A stretch of 64,000 nucleotides of DNA, taken from positions 12,400,001-12,464,000 of the forward strand of contig JBHGNT010000020.1 in assembly GCA_043228905.1 (NCBI GenBank), in the 5' to 3' direction. The position numbers were made by a program, and so were the translations under genes. The stretch's first letter is position 1; the number at the start of each line of letters is the position of its first letter. Positions 55,613 to 64,000 of the stretch are shown here, piece by piece. The notes beneath the pieces were generated by a model. That model worked only from the letters and a program-made list of their open reading frames with translations. It was not told where the DNA came from and did not search any database. The DNA comes from Azolla caroliniana (lineage: Eukaryota; Plantae; Polypodiophyta).

Positions 55613-58600
55613 AGATAGAGACAGACAGACAGACAGAGTATACGCAAGGTTAAGTATATTAGCAAAGGAGAAAGACTCAACACTATACAAGGTGGGAGGA
55701 GGGTGCTTTATGTAGTCACCCTCTCTCTTCATTAACTACAAGACTCATGGAGCATGGGGAATGTGAAAGCTCATAAGTTATGTGTCATAGAATATGATTT
55801 TATGACTCATACTAAACGCTAGAATACAAAGTGGTGACATAATGGTGACTTTTGACCGTTGGAGTGTCTCTTCACTCTCAAGGTGAGTTCACACACTAGA
55901 CCAAGTTGAGCTTGATTCTCAGCACGCCCCCTCAAGCTCAAGTCGGGTCGGTTTTAGACGGTATCCGAAATCCGCTTCATTTCACGTTCGGGAGTCCACG
56001 TCGAGTCACGTCTACTCGCTTTATGCGGAGTTGCGGAATCCATGCTCCAGCTTGCGTTGTGCGTAGTTATGAAGTTTGTGCTTCGGCTTGCGTCTTTCTT
56101 CGCAGCTTTGCGCGGTAGATCGGCTCTTCCCTGCTACGTTGCGTGGTTGTAGAATCCACGCGTTATTGCGTAGTGCGCGGTTGCGGAATCTACGCTTTAT
56201 TGTGTAGTGTCTTCAGTACTCCCTCTCAAGCTTGGCAGGTCAGGGATCGTTAATCCGAGATCGGTCATGAATTGCCATAGCTTGTCAGCTCCTAAGGCTT
56301 TAGTGAAGATGTCGGCCGTTTGAAGATTGGTGCTAATGTGTTGTAGGTCGACATCGCCAGCCAGAACGCGCTCTTGGATGAAGTCATAGTGCACTTCGAT
56401 GTGCTTTGTCCGGCGTGGAACACCGAGTTCCGAGCCAGATAGATATTGCTCATGTTGTCGCAGTAAAGGGAAATCGGATCCTTGATGGGTACGCCCAGAT
56501 CCTTCAAAATCCTCTTGAGCCATATGGCTTCACACGCAGCTACGACTGCACCCCTGTATTCCGCCTCCGTACTCGAAAGAGCGACGGTAGGCTGCTTCTT
56601 GCTACTCCAGGATATTGCTCCGCTGCCGAGGGAGAAAACAAATCCGGAGGTTGATCTTCTATCAACTTTGTAGTCGGCCCAATCGGCGTTTGTGTACCCC
56701 TCGAGTTGTATTGGCATCGTGGTCTTGTAGAGGATGTTGCAATCCATTGTGCCGCTCAAGTAGCGTAGAACTTGATTAGCGCAATCCAAGTGAGTATCAC
56801 GCGGAGTTTGCATGAATTGGCTAAGGAGACCAACCGGATAACTGAGATCGGGTCGTTTGATCGTGAGGTAGATGAGACTCCCGATGAGTTGCCGATACTG
56901 AGTCGGCTCACACGCTTTGGTGCCGGAGTTCGCATCTAGTTTGAGATTGCGATCGAGCGGGGTTGTCGCGGATTTGCACTTAGCCATCCCGAAGTTGTAT
57001 AACAAGTTGAGGATGTAGTGCCGTTGAGAGATCATGATTCCGGCCAGAGTCCGAATTACCTCGATGCCGAGGAAGTAGTGGAGCTCCTTCATGTCCGTCA
57101 TCTCGAACTTGTCAGAAAGGAGGGATTTGACTTTATTGATTTCGACGAGATGCTCACCTCCAATGACTAGGTCATCCACATATAAAATGATGACGATCGG
57201 ACTTGTGGAATCGCTTCGTATGTAGAGGGAGTTGTCCGATTTTGACATACGGAAGCCGATTTGATGAAGATATTGCGTTATCTTCGAATGCCAAGCACGC
57301 GGTGCTTGCTTGAGGCCGTAGAGTGGCTTCTCGAGTCAGCAAACCGCTTTCGGATGGGTGCTCGAGTTGAAGTCGGGTGGTTGGATCATGTACACCTCCT
57401 CTTCTAATTCACCTTGTAGAAAGGCGTTCTTGACGTCCATTTGATGGAGGTGCCACCCTTTCGTCGCGGCAAGCGCAATTACGGTCCGCACCGTCGTCAT
57501 CTTTGCCATCGGGGCAAAGGTCTCTTCGTAGTCAACGCCATGCGTCTGAGCGTATCCTTTCGCTACGAGTCGAGCTTTGTAGCGGTTTACGGAGCCATCG
57601 ACATTATACTTCACCTTGTAGATCCATCTGCATCCGATCAACTTTTTGTGTGGTGAGGTGGAAACGAGATCCCACATCTCGTTCTTCCGTAGTTCCTGCA
57701 TCTCCTCGTTCATTGCTTCGATCCATCGCGGGTCCTTCGCGGCTTCCGAAAAGGTTTCCGACTCCCGTACTATCGCTACCTTCATCATAAAGGCGTAATG
57801 GTACGCCATATAATCGTTGTAGCCGAATCGGCTTACGGGGTTTTTTCCACGGGTGGATCGGCGGAGCTTTTCATTTGTAGAGATGAGGTCTTTCTTAGCT
57901 CCGATTGGTACCTCGAAACCGCCGAACTCACTGTCAAGTGAGTGAGTCGACTCATCGTCATTGAAGCGATCGTCTTCGTATTCCGACATTTTCGCCTTGC
58001 CTTTGTCCATCTTCGGGCTAGGCGGTGATGTGCTTTGATCGCTCAAAGGCTCTTGTGGTCCACTCAATCGGGTCGTGATCAGACTTTCTTCGAATATGCG
58101 CATAAGGTGATCTTCATCCTCGATCTCTTGTTCGGCGAATTCCGGGTCGAGCGAAGTCGGAGTTGGAGTTGTCTCTGGTGCGTACCAAGATGCGGACTCG
58201 TCAAAAACAACGTCTCGACTTACTCGAGATTTTCGAGTTGAGGGGTTGTAGCACTTGTACCCCTTTTGCTCCAATGAGTATCCTACGAGGATACATTTCT
58301 CCGACATCGGGTCAAGCTTTTGACGCTTCTCGTCGGGGATGTGCACGTACGCTATCGCGCCGAATATCCGGATGTGCGATAAGTCCGGCTTCTTTCCAAA
58401 GTATTTTTCGTGCGGAGTGACCTCATGCACGCCGGATGTTGTGCACCGGTTCATTAGGTAGACGGCCGTATTTGCAACTTCGGCCCAATATGACTTGGGC
58501 ATATGGCTCTCGTTCATCATGGCCCGCGCTACTTCGAGGATGTGCCCATTTTTGTGCTCGGCTACTCCGTTTTGTTGCCGAGTGTGTCGGCAAGTGAATT

Positions 58601-61253
58601 CTCGTCGAATTCCTTCCTTTCGGAGATACGCCATGAAATCGTCTGAGAAGTACTCCTTGCCGCCATCCGATCATAGACATCGTACATGTCGGCCCGTGGC
58701 TTTCTCGACTTCATTCTTGAAATTTTGGAAGTGTCCGAACACTTCGCTCTTTCGCCGCATCGGGTAGATCCAAGTGTGCCTAGAGAAGTCATCGATGAAG
58801 AGCACGTAATATCGACATCCGCCGAATGTAGCCGTCTACGCCGGTCCCCATACGTCGGAATGGACTACGTCAAGTAGACCTTTGCTCACGTTTCGCTCTT
58901 TCGGGAATGGGTGTCGGTGTTGCTTGCCGAATTGGCATGCTTCACATACACCTTCAATCTCCTTCTCTTTGAATGTTGGGAGTCTGATGACGACTCCTTT
59001 CGATTTCATTGCTTTGAGTTTGTTGAGATTGATGTGGCTGATTCGCTTGTGCCATAGCTCTATGTCGGAGTCGGCTTTTGTATTCGCATACACCTTCAAT
59101 CTCCTTCTCTTTGAATGTTGGGAGTCCGATGACGACTCCTTTCGATTTCATTGCTTTGAGTTTGTTGAGATTAATGTGGCCGATTCGCTTGTGGCATAGC
59201 TCTATGTCGGAGTCGGCTTTCGTATTTTTCACGAACATGGCGGATTTCATCTCGCGTGAATCGAGAATGAACATCCGGCCCTCTCTTCGTCCGCGTGCGA
59301 TGAGTCGGCCCTCTTTTTTGATGAAGCAACCGCCTTGATTAAATCGAACTTGCATCCCTTGCTCTAAAATTTGGCCGACGGAGACCAAATTCTTTGTAAT
59401 GGTTGGTACATGCAAGACATTTTTAATGTAATTTCGCTTACCTTCTTTTCCGAACGAAACATTGCCAATGTGCCGAATCGGGTGCGTAGTGTCGTCTCCG
59501 GTTTCGACATAGCCGGGTCGGTCCGGCTCTCGAAGTTCTCAGAACCATTCTTGATGCAATGTCATATGGTTTGAGGCACCGGAATCGACGAACCATACGT
59601 CTTCCAGACCGGAGGCACTAGTTGAGGTAGCGGCCGACATAGAGTTTGCTTTATGTTTCATCATGAACATTCCGCCACGGTCGGAGTTGTGCGCATACAT
59701 TCCACCACGATTTTCGTAGTCAGAGTTGTGCCCGTACATTTTGCCACGGTCGGAGTTGTGTGAATACATTCCGCCACGATCTTCTAGTCGGAGTTGTGCG
59801 CGTAATTCGTGAGTTGTCGGCTTGTGGAAGCCGATTCACGCATCTTCTTTCGGCACTCTTCTTCGTGGTGGTCGAGCTTTCCCCAATATTTGCATTCAGT
59901 TGCGTTTTGACAGCTTGGGCCGGAGTGGAAGCTCCCCCTTCTTGCGAAGGTTCCTCGTTGGCCTCCATTTTGCGGCCGAAATTGGGAGTTGTTGTCGTAG
60001 GTTGGACCTCGTCTGCCTTGTCCTTGGCCGAATCGGCCTCTCGCTCGTCTGCGTCCTCTTCCTCCATTAGAGTGTGTGTCGAGCATGTGGCCTTCCGACT
60101 CATTGCTCCTTGTACGCACGAGGTTTTCTTCGACCAATAGCATTGATTGGAGCTCGAAGAAGGAGGGAGATTTCTCTCGTGCTAGAACGACGGTTCGCAT
60201 CGTGCCGAACCGTCGTGCGAGGCCGCCGAGGCATATTTGCACCATCTCATCATCATCTATACTTACGCTTATTGAGCCAAGAGAGTCGCAAAGCTCCTTG
60301 ATCTTCAAGGTGTATGTCGTGATGGACATGTCCCTTTGTTGAATTTTGTTCAACTCTTGGCGGAATTGAAGCTTCCTCGCGGTCGTGTTGGCGGCGAAAA
60401 TCTTTCGTAGATTTTCCCACGCTTCCTTCGGCGTCTTGGCTTCTCGAATGTAACTGAGCATGTGGTCGTGAACACATGTCGCCAAACAATACATCACACA
60501 GCTTGCAGCTTGCTCCCATGTCGCGTATCCGGGAGCCGCTTCGGCCGGTCGGTCTTCGTGCGCTCCTTTGATGTAGCTCCAATAGCCTTGTCCGACAAGG
60601 TATTGGTGCATCTTGTACTCCCAAGATGCGAAGTTGTTTCAATCCAACTCCTCGGTAGGGAGAGCGCTCCCCATTTGAGTATTCAGTATGTCGATTCTTC
60701 TTCTTCTTCTTCTCTCTTCGAATGCGAGCTATGTAGCGAAGCTACGATAGCGATGAGCCGGTTCTTGGTCGTCGGCGTGGAGCACAACACACGATCACGA
60801 TGAGGCGAATGGGCTAGATCGAGCTACCAAATCGCTCTAATACCATGTAAAGAATCAAGAGATGGATTCTTGTGAAGCAGAATAGGTGTGAACTATGTGT
60901 GTGTGTGTGTGTGTGTGTGTGTATGAGATAGAGAGAGAGAGACTGACAGACTGACAGATTGACAGAGTATACGCAAGGTTAAGTATATTAGCAAAGGAGA
61001 AAGACTCAACACTATACAAGGTGGGAGGAGGGTGCTTTATGTAGTCACCCTCTCTCTTCATTAACTACAAGACTCATGGAGCATGGGGAATGTGAAAGCT
61101 CATAAGTTATGTGTCATAGAATATGATTCTATGACTCATACTAAATGCTAGAATACAAAGTGGTGACATAATGGTGACTTTTGACCGTTAGAGTGTCTCT
61201 TCACTCTCAAGGTAAGTTCACACACTAGACCAAGTTGACCTTGATTCTCAACA
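55501..61253 (-). mobile_element. Full-length Ty1/copia element inserted in the leader of the chromovirus-type element
   Basis: LTRs 55501-55924 and 60846-61253 (TG...CA), perfect TSD GCCCA, PBS TGGTATTAGAGC (iMet) at 60834-60845, and PPT (AGCTTGAGGGGGCG) next to 55924. Confidence 0.96.
56197..60674 (-). pseudogene. Copia gag-PR-IN-RT-RH polyprotein, disrupted
   Basis: PR WFVDSGASNHM, IN VHSDVWGP/QQNGVAE, RT YKARLVAKG/QMDVKNAFLQG/YVDD, RH SSTEAEY/KHIEVHY. Several stops and frameshifts. Confidence 0.93.
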
Positions 61254-61714
61254 GCCCACATGGCCCATCACATGGTTACGTCATTACGAATGCCTCTCGT
61301 AAGAATGATCTCATGGTGGCATCATATCCATGTAACGAGGGAGGGATGTTGGATATGTGTGTCATAGGAGCGACCTCACATGAAGTGGGTCAAGCCCTAC
61401 ATACTCAACATCATTATGGCTATAGGCGTTTCTTTACGTAACGAAATATCGAAGTCACCAATGGGGATTTCAACAATAAAAAATTGTTGAAAAAAGGGAT
61501 GGTGACAATGCTATTCTCACGAAAATGTGAGGACGGCCACCAAGGTCCTTTCCCCGAAAAGGAAAACATTCGATTTAAAATCACGTAATAACTTATATAC
61601 ACATATGTATATTATCACATATATACAATCAACTACGTATACACGTGACCACATATGCCTATATTAAACAAATCGTTATATTTAATAGCAAAAAATGATG
61701 TAATCGAGATTCGT

Positions 61715-61975
61715 AATCGAGGCATATATACCTCTACGCACACGAGACATCCAAAAATAAGGGTCAATCGTAATACGCAATTGAGGTATTGACCTCTTAC
61801 GCATACGAAACCAAACGCATATCATTTACAACGAATTGAGGTATTGACCTCATACGCAAACGTAACATATGTTTGTGAACGTAGTACGCAATTGAGGTAT
61901 TAACCTCGTGCGCATACGACACTCATCACATATTAAATATATGTCAAATGAGGTATTGACCTCGTACACATATGT
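61715..61975. repeat. Array of palindromic GAGGTATTGACCTC cores at 55-56-bp spacing in the chromovirus-type leader
   Basis: Cores at 61783, 61838, 61894 (one mismatch) and 61950, plus a variant at 61719. Confidence 0.85.
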
Positions 61976-62954
61976 AAACGTTTTATATAACCAATTAATT
62001 ACCGCTACAACATCATTGAATCTATAAAAAAAATTACATATTAACCATACACATGATTAAATTGGGAGAAGAAAGAATAGAAAAAACAAGAAAGATTACC
62101 GAAGTTCCTTTGTTGATCCTTGTCTGCATGAAGGCCAATCGCACGTAGATCGATCGCCATCAATCAAGAACACAAAACACAACAAAAGAAACATTAGAAA
62201 ATGAGCTCAAATACCAACTGTTAGAGACATGGACTAATGTAAGCATGAGATAAGGATAGAAAATAGATAAATAGATAGAAAGGAGAGAGAGAAAGAAGGG
62301 TGTCGATCCACCCGACCACCCCCGAGCGAAGGGATCGAGACAAACTCGAGCCTCAATTGGCGTCCCATACCACCGTCGTGGCATCGAGTCGTACCTGGTG
62401 TTGGCACGCTCGCTACAAGAGTTGACCCACCACAAGACAAAGTCTCGACGTAGTCAACAAGATGATGAAATGAGGGTAGCTAGGCCTCTTATTTATAACG
62501 ATACCCAAGACCCCCAGGCAAGTTCACACTTGGCCTAATGGGTTGTCTCAATCCCGAGGATTAAAAGTAATCCTCTCCTTCTTTACACTCTCATTTAACC
62601 CTCACACTTATCCACGTGTATAGAATACTACGGTAAATTCTTACCACGGGATATTATATGGTCATGGTCGTAACAAACGAGGGATGAGGCGAACAGGATC
62701 AGGAAGAAGGCGTATCGGTTCTTCCTATGGAATGGGAGTATATGGAGGCATCCGAAGAACAGAAGGGAAGACCAGAAGCCGCTGTTGTCAGTGTACCACG
62801 AGAGCCCTTGGGCCAGTCACCGCGAAACGTGGGCCATGTTCAAGAAGCTGAAGGAAAAATAATGGTGGCCAGGAATGTACCATGATGCATATCAATTTGT
62901 GGCAACCTACAAAAGTTGTCAGATGCATTCCGCGATTCGGCACACAGACGAGCT

Positions 62955-63439
62955 TAACAATCGATAACGGTTTGGTTTGGTTTGGTTTAGGTTTAGATTT
63001 TTATTAACGGTTCGGTTCAGTTTCAACAGTAAAAAACGGTGGTTTAAACAATTTAACGGTTTTTTTTTTTAACTTTTAAAAAAAAAACAAAATTAAAAAT
63101 TTTAAAATTTGTTTTTAAACAATCTTTTCATTTTTAGACCTTATTCTCACATTTTAGGAACATCTTAAAATTTGTAAAAAATTGAAAAAATTAAATCTTA
63201 TAAATTTTAAACAATTAAAAATTAAAATTTTGACCTATGTTGAAAACCGAAACCAAACCACGCAACCGCGGTTTTTACGGTTAAATGGTTTAACGGTTTG
63301 AAAAATGTTTCACAGTTTGGTTTAGCGGTTTCATGGTTCGGTTCGGTTCAGGTTTAAAAAAATTTAAACGGTTCAGTTACAAGTCGGTTCAGTCAAGACC
63401 CTCTCAAACCGAACCGAACCGAACCATTGCCGATTGTTA
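62955..63439. mobile_element. hAT-superfamily MITE inserted in copy D integrase
   Basis: Perfect 8-bp TSD GACGAGCT (62947-62954, 63440-63447), TIRs TAACAATCGATAACGGTT / AACCATTGCCGATTGTTA, subterminal AACCG/CGGTT repeats and an AT-rich core. Confidence 0.93.
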
Positions 63440-64000
63440 GACGAGCTGCACCCGACCTACCCGCCGACCGTCCATTTTAAATGGATGGTGAACTTACTGA
63501 TGGTGCCGATGGGAGTGGGGCAAATGCAGTACCTGGTGCTTGCGTGGGAGGACCAAACGAACCATGTGGAGGGTCATGCATTGCAAAACAAAACGATTGT
63601 GGCCGTATGCCGGTTCTTAATCGAAGAGCTGGTTTGTCGATACGGATGCGTGGGGAAGATCGTGGCTGACCGGGGAGAACTAGACGCGTAAGAAGTCGAA
63701 GAGTTGTTCGGTCGGTTGGGGGTAAATCTCTCTCTCACTACGGGGTACAATCCAGAGGCGAACAAAAAGGCAGAACACGGACATGGGCCGATCGTGAAGG
63801 CGTTAGTACGAGCGTGTGAGGGACGAGTCGAGAATTGGCCGCAGCTCCTACCTTACGCACTGTGGGCGTACCGAACCACGCATAATTCGGTGACCGGGTT
63901 TATGCCAGCAAAGCTTATGTACGGGCAGAAGCCGATCATGCCAATGGAGTAGATGATCTCTTTGTGGGCGGCAATCGATTGGGCGGACGAAATGAGTCGG

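Larger units (their letters stand above)
50670..62675 (-). mobile_element. Chromovirus-type Ty3/gypsy element with paired LTRs, degenerate
   Basis: LTRs 50670-51125 and 62219-62675 (TGTTA...TAACA), 5-bp TSD GACGA/AACGA, and iMet-like PBS TGGTATTTGAGC at ~62205-62216. Confidence 0.93.
37415..64000 (+). mobile_element. Gypsy copy D: degenerate host element split by four insertions (host segments 37415-37909, 46782-49321, 50178-50669, 62676-62954, 63440-64000)
   Basis: The peptide reads across each insertion point: MEA|ACQNY, EDED|VRFPIRFGAK, DAAWT|RDEANRIRKK, HTDEL|HPTYP. Order is gag-PR-RT-RH-IN; the element runs off the window end. Confidence 0.9.

Noticed and set aside
61715-61975. CRISPR-like appearance of the hairpin array
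   Set aside because: Eukaryotic retroelement context, only a 14-bp core, spacers partly related to each other, and no cas genes.

Overview
Eukaryotic land-plant nuclear DNA, probably from a seed-free plant (inferred from the retroelement types). The left ~25 kb holds three tandem minus-strand spliced genes: a DnaJ-type zinc-finger protein of the At5g20220 zinc-knuckle family (3' end outside the window), a 14-exon CIPK8/CIPK24(SOS2)-clade kinase (5516-11135) and a 7-exon crooked-neck/CLF1 splicing factor (19494-24472). The right ~36 kb is a transposon nest. It contains four copies (A-D) of one non-chromoviral Ty3/gypsy lineage, of which copy C is full-length (37910-46781, 4-bp TSD, tRNA-Trp PBS). 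It also holds a truncated sushi/Tcn1-like element, an iMet-primed chromovirus-type element (50670-62675) that carries a full-length Copia (55501-61253), two solo LTRs and a hAT-type MITE. Strongest unexplained signals: (1) a GGATTTT-stop plus covarying stem/pseudoknot cassette in all four gypsy copies, predicting a -1 ribosomal frameshift placed after the protease; (2) a Tf1-style self-priming PBS; (3) an array of palindromic hairpins at a 55-56-bp period in a retroelement leader. All calls were made by eye; no searches or folding were run.
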